Source: an uncultured virus (IMG/VR IMGVR_UViG_3300008111_000022) (lineage: Duplodnaviria; Heunggongvirae; Uroviricota; Caudoviricetes). Taken from it: a stretch of DNA of 64,000 nt. The position numbers and the translations under genes are program-made. Location: IMG/VR virus record IMGVR_UViG_3300008111_000022; one strand, given 5' to 3'. The notes beneath the pieces were generated by a model. That model saw nothing but the letters and a program-made list of their open reading frames with translations, made no database searches and was not told the origin of the DNA. Below, piece after piece: positions 28,574-36,243 of this stretch. How positions within the stretch are numbered: position 1 is the stretch's first letter; the number at the start of each line of letters is the position of its first letter.

Positions 28574-29263
28574 ATGGGATACTTCAGAGAATTACCAGAC
28601 TTAGATTATCAATCATTTCTTTCTGACAGTATCTCGTCACAGAGTTACTTAAGAGTTAAAAACTTATTCAGAAGAAATAAACTACGTGATGATTTAAAAA
28701 ACGTATTTACTATTTTCAATAAGTATGAAATTGTTGATGGTGCAAGACCAGATACGGTTGCAGAAGAGTTTTATGGTGATGCAGAACTCGATTGGGTAGT
28801 TTTAATGACTGCTGGTATAGTAAATGTTAGAAATGAATGGCCACTATCGAACTATAATCTATACAAATATGCGGAAAATTTGTATGGTGGTGCAATTAAT
28901 GATATTCACCATTATGAGACTATTGAAGTAAAAGACTCTACAGGAAAATTAATTTTACCTGCTGGAAAAATTGTCCCAGCAGATTTTAAAATTCACTATT
29001 ACGATCAAAATCAATATTATACAAATGATGCTACAGTTTTAGGTCAAAATGTTGTAAAAATATCAAACCCTGTCGTAGGTGTTAATAATTTTGAATATGA
29101 AACTAAAAAGAATACTGAGAAATCTTCAATTTACTTGTTAAAAACTTCATATCTTCAACAATTCTTGAATGATATGCGGCAAATTATGATTTATGATCGT
29201 TCTTCTCAATATATTGACGAATCTTTAGTTCGTACTGAAAACACTAGAATCACGATGCCATAA
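28574..29263 (+). CDS. gp53: baseplate wedge subunit gp53
   Basis: YF..LP, KNLFRR, RPDTVAEEFYGD..LDWVVL, EWP, HHYET. Confidence 0.9.
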   Translation: MGYFRELPDLDYQSFLSDSISSQSYLRVKNLFRRNKLRDDLKNVFTIFNKYEIVDGARPDTVAEEFYGDAELDWVVLMTAGIVNVRNEWPLSNYNLYKYAENLYGGAINDIHHYETIEVKDSTGKLILPAGKIVPADFKIHYYDQNQYYTNDATVLGQNVVKISNPVVGVNNFEYETKKNTEKSSIYLLKTSYLQQFLNDMRQIMIYDRSSQYIDESLVRTENTRITMP

Positions 29264-29842
29264 GAGTTCTAGTTTCTTATCAAATATCATCACATATCGG
29301 TGTTTGCGGGAGCGTTCTTTCCATTCTCCTGCAGCACCTTTAACTTTGCCTCTAGAGTGTTTAGTTCCGTCTGCATAGTAGAAATCTTTCTTTGGGTCCG
29401 AAAGTCCGCAATATTTAAAATTACAAGCCCGATAGATTGTACCAGAATGGAAATCACTATCAGCGTAAGAGATGATTGCTTTAACTTTAGTATCCTTCCG
29501 TAACTGTCTAATCGATCTTGAAACAAACCAAGAAGTGATATTATGTTCGGTTCCTTGGATTTCAGGGTGTATGCAAAGTCGTGAAAGTTCAAAGAGTCCT
29601 TCTTGCTCATTTCGTTCTAATCCAAATGCTCCTTGTGCGATTTCAGGCACAGGAAGTCCAGTAAAGACACAGACTCCCAGAATACCACCGATATTCAAAG
29701 GGCAAAAGTCATTGCCCTTATACAGACCATAATTATACCCTGATCGAAATCCTTTAGAAAAGTCCTTAAGATAATGAAACCGCAGAAGTAATTCTGCGGC
29801 TTCGGACTTACTTACACGATCAATGTAGTAATCAGACTTCAC
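29225..29842 (-). CDS. Mom-like (GNAT) DNA adenine-modification protein
   Basis: HYL...ELSRLC...SWFVSRSI...IISYADS..H.GTIYRACNF.Y.G...KHRY. Confidence 0.7.
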   Translation of the reverse strand: MKSDYYIDRVSKSEAAELLLRFHYLKDFSKGFRSGYNYGLYKGNDFCPLNIGGILGVCVFTGLPVPEIAQGAFGLERNEQEGLFELSRLCIHPEIQGTEHNITSWFVSRSIRQLRKDTKVKAIISYADSDFHSGTIYRACNFKYCGLSDPKKDFYYADGTKHSRGKVKGAAGEWKERSRKHRYVMIFDKKLELLWHRDSSVFSTN

Positions 29843-30765
29843 TCTTCGGCAAGACGAGCAAAGTAAGACAGAGCATCGTCATCATCATCCTCCACAGGTG
29901 CCGCAGCACGGCGGGTTGGTTGAAGACTGTTGAGTTCGGTGCGGAGGTCTTCATCAAGATCCTTCACAGGACCACGAGAATACTCTTCTTCATCAGCAAC
30001 ATCAGGATCTTGATAACGAGGAGTGCCTTTGTTACCCAGCACATATTCAAGACGCTTCTTCAGTTCATCATAGGACTTGAACTGGTCTGCAGCAACGAGT
30101 TCGGCAAGTGAATACTGCTTCTTCCACACTGCTTCCATCACATCATCATCGTCCAGAAGAGGTGCAGAGGCAGCAAACTCACTGGAGTCATAGTTGCGAT
30201 AACCAGCAACGTTCTTTGCCTTCAGTTTGAAGTTGGCACCCTGCCAGAAGTCAAACGGATCAATTGCTTCCTCATCTTCAAACTCAGGTTGCATTGCGGC
30301 AGTCAGTTTGTCAAAGATTTTTTTACCATACTTAAACAAGAAGACTTTACCCTCATTTTCAGGGTTGGCAGGGTCTTTCACCACATAGATGTTGGACGCA
30401 TATGTCAGTTTGCGCTTCTGCTTACGTGCCAGTTCTTTGCCAGCATCAGTACCATTGTTCCACAGTTCAGAGTTCAGTTCCGACACAGGATCTTTCTGAC
30501 CCAGAGTGGTGAGACTGTTCTCAATGTACCAACCGCCAGGACCCTGGAATGCATGACTGTAGAGTTTCACGAACGGCAGGTCTTCACCGTTGGGGGCAGG
30601 CAGGAAACGGATTACGGCATAACCATTGCCACTCTTATCTACATCCAGTTTCCACAGACGGTCATCACTAGAACCGCTGCTAGTATTCATTTTTTCAACT
30701 TCTTTAACCAGTTTGGCAGTAAGATTGCCAAGTTTAGATTGCTTCTTAAGGTCAGCAAAAGACAT
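29839..30765 (-). CDS. gp32: single-stranded DNA-binding protein gp32
   Basis: GNGYAVIRFLP, HAFQGPGGWYIENSLTT, YGKKIFDK, NYDSSEF, acidic tail. Confidence 0.97.
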   Translation of the reverse strand: MSFADLKKQSKLGNLTAKLVKEVEKMNTSSGSSDDRLWKLDVDKSGNGYAVIRFLPAPNGEDLPFVKLYSHAFQGPGGWYIENSLTTLGQKDPVSELNSELWNNGTDAGKELARKQKRKLTYASNIYVVKDPANPENEGKVFLFKYGKKIFDKLTAAMQPEFEDEEAIDPFDFWQGANFKLKAKNVAGYRNYDSSEFAASAPLLDDDDVMEAVWKKQYSLAELVAADQFKSYDELKKRLEYVLGNKGTPRYQDPDVADEEEYSRGPVKDLDEDLRTELNSLQPTRRAAAPVEDDDDDALSYFARLAEE

Positions 30766-30808
30766 TTGGATTACCTCGGATTAATTGGATTCGGGGGATT
30801 ACTCGGAT

Positions 30809-30837
30809 AGTATAACAGGGTTTCTCTCAACGGTCAA
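30809..30837 (-). promoter_or_regulatory. sigma70-type promoter of gp32
   Basis: TTGACC-N17-TATACT with TG extension. Confidence 0.75.
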
Positions 30838-31159
30838 TGTATTTCTTGAGAGATTCAATTGTCTTGTTCATACTATTGAATAAAAATTGCATATCGGTCT
30901 CTGGTGGGAATCCCATCAGCGCCACCGACTTGCGTAGTTGCTCTTTCATTTCAACCGCTTCTGGATCGTCTGAAAGGGACAACCTAGTATACATCACTCT
31001 CTGCTTTTCTAGCAAGAGCTCAAGTTTCTCAATGTGTTCCAGTTTGGTCTCACGGGGCATTCCACCAAAAGTAAGAATACTTCCGTAAATTTCTTCCTGT
31101 AACTTATTGATTTCTTTCAGTTCATCTTGAATAATATCGGAGTCAAAAAAGCTACTCAT
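30827..31159 (-). CDS. DUF1825-like protein
   Basis: FFDSDIIQDE...RLSLSDDPEA; position between gp59 and gp32. Confidence 0.75.
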   Translation of the reverse strand: MSSFFDSDIIQDELKEINKLQEEIYGSILTFGGMPRETKLEHIEKLELLLEKQRVMYTRLSLSDDPEAVEMKEQLRKSVALMGFPPETDMQFLFNSMNKTIESLKKYIDR

Positions 31160-31742
31160 CTATGATTTCCCGTAAAATCTTTTTAAATTGGAACACATCA
31201 ATATTTAGAAACGGATTATATTTCTTGATTTTTAGACTGACGATTTCCCACACCGGGTCCAGCAGTTTCTTATCAAACTTATTCCCGAACAGGAATATTT
31301 TATCATAGATCACTAGGGTTTCTAGGCTAATCTTCCCGCTCAGGAACTTCTTAAGAACGGGTGGATGACCTTTGGAACAGTTCAAGGCATCGTCTAATTT
31401 TGTCTCCGAGAAGAATTCGTTGCTTTGTTCTTTGAACAAGTATGTCAAACTCTGTTGTCTTCGCATCCAATCTGCGTAAGTCCTTTCTCCAGAATTGATA
31501 ATTTCTCCAATCCATATTTGATTTACACTAGTAGATTCTACAAAATTTGCAACTAAAAAATCAACAACTTCTTTATCAGAATATTTTCTCGACGTTTTTT
31601 CGAAAAAATATTTATCACGACGACGATTAAAAGATGTAATAGTTGCTCTTACTTTTTTGTTATATTTGAAGTAATCATATTTTGGATTTGTGAAATGCGA
31701 CTTTAATGCGAGATACTCACAATAGACTTCAAACGGTGCCAT
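31152..31742 (-). CDS. gp59: helicase loader gp59
   Basis: YLALKSHFT..KYDYFKY, F..RRDKYFF, ISLET. Confidence 0.9.
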   Translation of the reverse strand: MAPFEVYCEYLALKSHFTNPKYDYFKYNKKVRATITSFNRRRDKYFFEKTSRKYSDKEVVDFLVANFVESTSVNQIWIGEIINSGERTYADWMRRQQSLTYLFKEQSNEFFSETKLDDALNCSKGHPPVLKKFLSGKISLETLVIYDKIFLFGNKFDKKLLDPVWEIVSLKIKKYNPFLNIDVFQFKKILREIIDE

Positions 31743-31744
31743 AA

Positions 31745-32245
31745 CTATTTTTTCTTTTCTCTGTGGTATTTTTCCCTCTTATATTTTAGCACATCATCTC
31801 TATTTTGTTCATACCATTTTTTATAAGTTTCTTTTCTTTGTTCTTTTCTTTTTTCTCTATATTGTTTTTGTTTATCTGGATTATCTTTATAATACTGTCT
31901 ATGATATTTTCTATTCCACTCTTGAATATGTTTTTCTCTTTCAGCAAGGTCTCTGGATATTATGTTTCCATCTACACCACCATCCCTTAAATTAATTAGA
32001 ATGCCTCCGTCACTTTTTCTACCATAAAGAGAAATAAGCCACTTTTCATATTCGTAACTTTCTTCTTCATTTTCAAATTCTTTAACGATTACTATTCTAT
32101 CTTTTGGGGGACAGATATTTGCCCCGCCTCTAATATGAGGTTTATAGCACCTTCTACCAATACCTTTACCAACATAGTAAGGAGTCCTGTCTTCTCTCAA
32201 ATAGAGATAAACGTAATACATTTCTGCTCTTAACTTAGGTGACAT
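31745..32245 (-). CDS. GIY-YIG-type endonuclease (free-standing)
   Basis: YYVYLYLREDRTPYYVGKG..RR...E...I...G...L.N; basic helical tail; start could be ATG 32221. Confidence 0.8.
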   Translation of the reverse strand: MSPKLRAEMYYVYLYLREDRTPYYVGKGIGRRCYKPHIRGGANICPPKDRIVIVKEFENEEESYEYEKWLISLYGRKSDGGILINLRDGGVDGNIISRDLAEREKHIQEWNRKYHRQYYKDNPDKQKQYREKRKEQRKETYKKWYEQNRDDVLKYKREKYHREKKK

Positions 32246-32325
32246 AAGTATTTATACAAGAAAAGGGCAGCAAGTGCCCCCTTCTCACCTGAAAAGTGTC
32301 ACCTAAGTCAGGCACTATTATTTAT
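32233..32325 (-). promoter_or_regulatory. structured leader: two late promoters, 12-bp inverted repeat and internal terminator-like hairpin
   Basis: ATAAATA (32319-25); ACTTAGGTGACA (32297-308); GGGCA-N5-TGCCC-TTTTCT; TATAAATA (32249-56); TGTCACCTAAGT (32233-44). Confidence 0.7.
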
Positions 32326-32331
32326 CTCCCA

Positions 32332-32592
32332 TTATAGAGGCAATCTTGCTCGGGAAGTTTTCTTCATGAAATTGAGACGAGTTGCATCCCACTTAAGTCT
32401 TTCTTTTAAAGGTTTTGAAATGAGTTTAGTAACTGATTCTACCTCAAGACTATTGATTTCACAGTAATGACAAATAGCATCAATATAATTCATATTTTCT
32501 GCTGCCACAATATGTTCAATCTCAAGAGCAAACTTGGAAGGTGTTAAAAACTTATTCTCGATTGCCTGTTCTAGTTCTTTATTTGGTTCCAT
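32332..32592 (-). CDS. gp33: late transcription coactivator gp33
   Basis: KFLTPSKFALEIE...NYIDAICHYCE...KLISKPLKERL; start set at MEPNK. Confidence 0.9.
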   Translation of the reverse strand: MEPNKELEQAIENKFLTPSKFALEIEHIVAAENMNYIDAICHYCEINSLEVESVTKLISKPLKERLKWDATRLNFMKKTSRARLPL

Positions 32593-33259
32593 ATAGTTCC
32601 AGTCTATCTCTAACAAACTCTCTAATGTATTGGGTGAGGAGTTTGATGTACTTTGATTTGTCTCTTTCTTCATAAACGACGCATTCTCCATTTTCACAAG
32701 CCATGATGATTACAAGTTTTTTGACTGGAATACCAGTCAGTTCGTATAGCATACAACCATATGCCATACACTGAACAAAATAATGTTCAATCCACTCTCG
32801 TGGTTTAGGTTTTTTAGAAGTTTTAAAGTCGATTATTGATAGTTCGCCATCAAACTCGGCAATACAATCTACGGTTCCAGCAATACCTAACTGCTTGCTA
32901 TAAAGAGAACCTTCAAGAGCATGAATATTATTTATACGACTAAAAGTTGACTTAGAAATCTTGAATAAGAAATCTGAAAGAGGTTGAACTTCTGGAAGAT
33001 CTTCATTTCTAAGATGATGTTCTGCAAGAGTGTGCATATCAGTTCCACGACTAGTTGCCTGTCGTGTAATTTTATCTGCTTCTTCCTCTCCAACTTTTTT
33101 ACGCCAGTTTGCAAAGAATTGACGATTTTTGTGACTGGTTACAGACGTAATCGATACGAGTTTTAAGAGTTGATCTTCGTCAGGAACTTTATAATAACGA
33201 ACACCATCTATAGTTTCTCTCTCAAGTTGAGGGAGATTCAAATCAACATGATTAAACAT
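32579..33259 (-). CDS. PD-(D/E)XK (Cas4/RecB-like) exonuclease
   Basis: SITSV, WRKKVGEE, RGTDMH, AGTVDC, IIDFKTS, Q..AY. Confidence 0.88.
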   Translation of the reverse strand: MFNHVDLNLPQLERETIDGVRYYKVPDEDQLLKLVSITSVTSHKNRQFFANWRKKVGEEEADKITRQATSRGTDMHTLAEHHLRNEDLPEVQPLSDFLFKISKSTFSRINNIHALEGSLYSKQLGIAGTVDCIAEFDGELSIIDFKTSKKPKPREWIEHYFVQCMAYGCMLYELTGIPVKKLVIIMACENGECVVYEERDKSKYIKLLTQYIREFVRDRLELYGTK

Positions 33260-34017
33260 CAAAAACCTGCTTCCATTTTTGCCATAATGTATTCTTTAAC
33301 AAGTCCAGAACGAACAATGTCTTCTACACCAAATTCAATTATATCAAAAGATGGCATTTTACGCAATACAGTCATAAAATCTACAATACCATTTCGTTCG
33401 TTAGTCTTCTGTAAGTCTGACTGAGATGCATCACCACAGAAGCAAATTTTGGTATTTTCACCAACACGAGTGATAATAGAATCCAATTCGTGGAAGTTTA
33501 GGTTTTGAAACTCATCTACAATAATAATTGCATTATCAAGAGTTGTACCACGCAAAAATGAAGTGGACCAGAACTTGATGGTTTCTTGTGATTTGAGATT
33601 TCCATAGAGCATCTCGAAGTCTGCATCAGAGGGCATCTGGAACATATACTTCACCATATTCTTATAAGGAATCTGGTAAATATCTGCCTTATCATCGTGA
33701 GTACCAGGCAGGAATCCAATCTCTCTTGTGGCGACTAAAGAACGAACAAGATAGATTCTCTCGTAAGGTGATTGCTCATCAAGAACATCTTGAAGTGCAT
33801 TATAAAGTGTAATAAATGTTTTACCTGTTCCCGCACAACCATAAGCAACAATATGCTTGTCGTCATTATAAGATTCAAAAAACTTTTTTTGATTTTCAGT
33901 AATTGGTTCAATATCAATTAGATATTCTGCACTCAGAGGTTTTCTCCTCTTCATTTGTTTTGCTGTCAGACCAACTCCGATTGGTTGGTCAATAGATCCT
34001 CTTTTCCGTCTTGCCAT
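33259..34017 (-). CDS. phoH: PhoH family ATPase
   Basis: GCAGTGKT, IGFLPG, SFLRGTTL, VDEFQN, GD..QSDL, DIVRSGLV. Confidence 0.96.
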   Translation of the reverse strand: MARRKRGSIDQPIGVGLTAKQMKRRKPLSAEYLIDIEPITENQKKFFESYNDDKHIVAYGCAGTGKTFITLYNALQDVLDEQSPYERIYLVRSLVATREIGFLPGTHDDKADIYQIPYKNMVKYMFQMPSDADFEMLYGNLKSQETIKFWSTSFLRGTTLDNAIIIVDEFQNLNFHELDSIITRVGENTKICFCGDASQSDLQKTNERNGIVDFMTVLRKMPSFDIIEFGVEDIVRSGLVKEYIMAKMEAGF

Positions 34018-34265
34018 TAGATTTTCTTTACTCGTGAACCAGGTGCTTTTGATGCTTTTCCAAGAACATCATTCCAACCAGGATGTTTAGAAATTAATTT
34101 GTTTTGCCATTCACCAACCTCTCCAGGAGAAGGACAAGTTGATGGATCGGACCAATCACGGATCCAATCTGGGTTATCTTTTTTCCACTGGTCCCAATCG
34201 TGGATGCTCATTTCCACTTCTTTTTGTTCACCAGTTTTTGTATTCACTACGGGGTACGTTGGCAT
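34017..34265 (-). CDS. conserved T4-like hypothetical protein (FmdB-like N-terminus)
   Basis: MPTYPVVNTKTGE...GWNDVL. Confidence 0.7.
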   Translation of the reverse strand: MPTYPVVNTKTGEQKEVEMSIHDWDQWKKDNPDWIRDWSDPSTCPSPGEVGEWQNKLISKHPGWNDVLGKASKAPGSRVKKI

Positions 34266-34289
34266 TGTTAGAAATTCAAGATAATTTAT

Positions 34290-34925
34290 TTAGATCCACT
34301 CAAGGGCGTCTGATACCGTTGGAAATTGTTCGATAAACACTTTCTTACAATCAAGTGCAATATCCATATGCTCTCTCTGAGTTCCATTTGCAGAACGAAG
34401 ATTGATATAATGTATCCATGACCTGCATGATCCACTCATATAGATGCGTGTGGGGGTCGCCAAGGGCAATACAAATCTTGCACACTCCTTTGCCACCTCA
34501 GCATCTAGAAGTTGCTTGTAGAGTTCCATACCTGCCTTAAAATGGTCATTGATCTTCAACCACAAGTCTGCTTTTAGTTCTTCAGGAAGATCATTAGTGG
34601 AATTCTGACGATTCTTGGTGTCCTGACGACGAAGTTCTGGTACAGGAATTTCCTCACCTAGCAAAGAAGAATCTGCATAACGTTGTGAAAATTCTTGGTA
34701 TGTAAAACTCCTGTGTCGTAAAATTTGTGCTGCGATGCCACGATTTGTTTCGATCTCAAGAGTCATAAAAGACTGCTCAAAAACAGACCAATGATTATGC
34801 TTAATACAATAAGCAAGCAACTTGGCATAGTTTTCGTTGTCTTGATTCGCAGGGTTGCTAACTCTAGCAACATACGCCATTGTTTTTTCTGCATCGGGTG
34901 TCACACTGATGAGTTTTACTGTCAT
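34290..34925 (-). CDS. thyX: flavin-dependent thymidylate synthase
   Basis: HWSVFE, QILRHRSFTYQEFSQRY, ECARFVLP, RSWIHY..LR. Confidence 0.96.
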   Translation of the reverse strand: MTVKLISVTPDAEKTMAYVARVSNPANQDNENYAKLLAYCIKHNHWSVFEQSFMTLEIETNRGIAAQILRHRSFTYQEFSQRYADSSLLGEEIPVPELRRQDTKNRQNSTNDLPEELKADLWLKINDHFKAGMELYKQLLDAEVAKECARFVLPLATPTRIYMSGSCRSWIHYINLRSANGTQREHMDIALDCKKVFIEQFPTVSDALEWI

Positions 34926-35089
34926 TTCTTTCCAAATCCTTTTGATGTTTTTGCTTCCAGTTCTGCAAGTTCTTTCTTTACTGCTTGCAGTTGTTGTTTC
35001 ATTTCTACAATTCTTTCTTCAGTATAAAGGTGATCTTGCTTGACAAGTCTTTCAAGCAATTTCACGAGTTCTCGTGCTCTACTAGTCAT
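34922..35089 (-). CDS. small coiled-coil hypothetical protein
   Basis: Manual translation MTSRARELVKLLERLVKQDHLY...KTSKGFGKK; ATGA overlap with thyX. Confidence 0.7.
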   Translation of the reverse strand: MTSRARELVKLLERLVKQDHLYTEERIVEMKQQLQAVKKELAELEAKTSKGFGKK

Positions 35090-35258
35090 CTAAATCAGAA
35101 TCCTCAAAAATTTCATCGTAATCTAAAATTGGTCTGTTTCTGACTTCTGGTTCAGTATATTTACTGTATGCAGAAACATCAGAATACACTTCTGCTTTGA
35201 GAGAATCAACTAAGAGTTCTAGATTACGAACAATGAGTTTTAGTTTGTCTTTATCCAT
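35082..35258 (-). CDS. small hypothetical protein
   Basis: Manual translation MDKDKLKLIVRNLELLVDSLKAEVYSD...DYDEIFEDSDLDD. Confidence 0.7.
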   Translation of the reverse strand: MDKDKLKLIVRNLELLVDSLKAEVYSDVSAYSKYTEPEVRNRPILDYDEIFEDSDLDD

Positions 35259-35289
35259 AAGATATCATTCTCTCAAAGCATTTTATCAT

Positions 35290-35318
35290 AAAAAAAGGAG
35301 GGGATCAACCCCTCCTTA
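35290..35318 (-). terminator. intrinsic terminator
   Basis: AAGGAGGGG-N-CCCCTCCTT stem followed by a T run on the minus strand. Confidence 0.85.
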
Positions 35319-35323
35319 AAAAT

Positions 35324-35410
35324 TTACTTATAAATCCACTGAATGTACGTTGATAACAATATCGTCATTAACGCAATTGCAGCAGTTGAAGAAATTAGAA
35401 ATTGTACCAT
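35324..35410 (-). CDS. 28-aa hydrophobic micropeptide
   Basis: MVQFLISSTAAIALMTILLSTYIQWIYK; TGATG coupling to the upstream ORF; GGAG RBS. Confidence 0.5.
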   Translation of the reverse strand: MVQFLISSTAAIALMTILLSTYIQWIYK

Positions 35411-35508
35411 CACTTTGCTCCAACTAGTTGTGCTAGTTGTGCTTGATGACGACGATCTTCTTTTTGTTTTTGTTCTTTAATAAGTTGTAGGAAGTTAAGT
35501 TTTTTCAC
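35410..35508 (-). CDS. 32-aa basic micropeptide
   Basis: GTG start, MKKLNFLQLIKEQKQKEDRRHQAQLAQLVGAK; GGAGG RBS; GTGA overlap. Confidence 0.6.
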   Translation of the reverse strand: MKKLNFLQLIKEQKQKEDRRHQAQLAQLVGAK

Positions 35509-35663
35509 TTCTGCACCTCCGCATTTCTGCAAGGACGGTATGCTACTCCACGATATGTGTTTTGTGGATGAGCAGGAGCGTGTGTTTGGTTATACCATGA
35601 CACATACTCTTTCTTTGCATTTTCGGTGTCGTACTGACAACCTCTATAAACGACTTTAGACAT
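35505..35663 (-). CDS. DUF4278-like small protein
   Basis: MSKVVYRGCQYD...TYRGVAY (two YRGxxY motifs); AAGGAG RBS; lies directly 3' of the aptamer-like elements. Confidence 0.8.
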   Translation of the reverse strand: MSKVVYRGCQYDTENAKKEYVSWYNQTHAPAHPQNTYRGVAYRPCRNAEVQK

Positions 35664-35695
35664 TAGGTTTTCTCCTTAATTTTGAGGCTAAAGAG

Positions 35696-35864
35696 CGTTC
35701 CTTCAGTCGGCTTTTGCGTCTATGGGACAAGTTTTTGGAGAGACTTGTTTAATCTCCCAAATTAAATCATTCTTTGCTTGTTTGGGAATATCTACTGTGT
35801 AAATTCTCCCAACCATTAATTGTGCCTGTAAGCAAGTTAAAATGATTGCTTCCATAGATGAACG
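35696..35864 (-). ncRNA. glutamine riboswitch-like aptamer 2 (glnA/downstream-peptide type) with ORF in the P2 loop
   Basis: CGTTC-A-TCTATGG [insert] CCATAGA-CGCAAAAGCCGACTGAAG-GAACG. Confidence 0.7.
35703..35855 (-). CDS. 50-aa two-Cys protein nested in aptamer 2
   Basis: MEAIILTCLQAQLMVGRIYTVDIPKQAKNDLIWEIKQVSPKTCPIDAKAD. Confidence 0.6.
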   Translation of the reverse strand: MEAIILTCLQAQLMVGRIYTVDIPKQAKNDLIWEIKQVSPKTCPIDAKAD

Positions 35865-35867
35865 TTC

Positions 35868-36120
35868 CGTTCCGAGTCGGCTTACTTCCGTCCTATTTAA
35901 TTTTTAGCACTTTATAATTACGTCTTTTCGCAATTCTAATAGCAATCGGTCTTCAATCTTTTGGTGAACAACATCGTCGTTTTTAACGATGTCCATTAGT
36001 TCCCACGCTGCATTACAACTTATTGTGACTGGATATTCAGTTTTGATAAGTTGTGGTGAAGCAACAGAAAGAAGTGGAACCCATGCTAAAAGCAAAAGTG
36101 CTTTAGTCATAGGATGAACG
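35868..36120 (-). ncRNA. glutamine riboswitch-like aptamer 1 (glnA type) with ORF in the P2 loop
   Basis: CGTTC-A-TCCTAT [insert] ATAGGA-CGGAAGTAAGCCGACTCG-GAACG. Confidence 0.7.
35904..36110 (-). CDS. 68-aa protein with signal-peptide-like N-terminus, nested in aptamer 1
   Basis: MTKALLLLAWVPLLSVA...ISCNAAWELMD...RLLLELRKDVIIKC. Confidence 0.65.
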   Translation of the reverse strand: MTKALLLLAWVPLLSVASPQLIKTEYPVTISCNAAWELMDIVKNDDVVHQKIEDRLLLELRKDVIIKC

Positions 36121-36167
36121 TTAGGGGATTATTATACCCCTATTCATAGTATATAGGTAGTTTTGTG

Positions 36168-36183
36168 TGTATTTCCTGATACA
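36168..36183. promoter_or_regulatory. NtcA binding site
   Basis: TGTA-TTTCCTGA-TACA = tGTA-N8-TACa consensus; -10-like hexamers TACTAT and TATAAT downstream on the minus strand. Confidence 0.7.
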
Positions 36184-36243
36184 ATTTTAAAAAACTTTAG
36201 AAACCAAAAATTTTGCCGGAAAAATTTCCCCCTATTTGGGGAA

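Noticed and set aside
30289..30810. 173-aa plus-strand ORF
   Set aside because: Antisense shadow of gp32
32593..32697. N-terminal extension of gp33
   Set aside because: Overlaps the exonuclease coding region; gp33 similarity starts at MEPNK
32579..33259. Cas4-like gene as CRISPR evidence
   Set aside because: This is the usual T4-like core exonuclease between phoH and gp33
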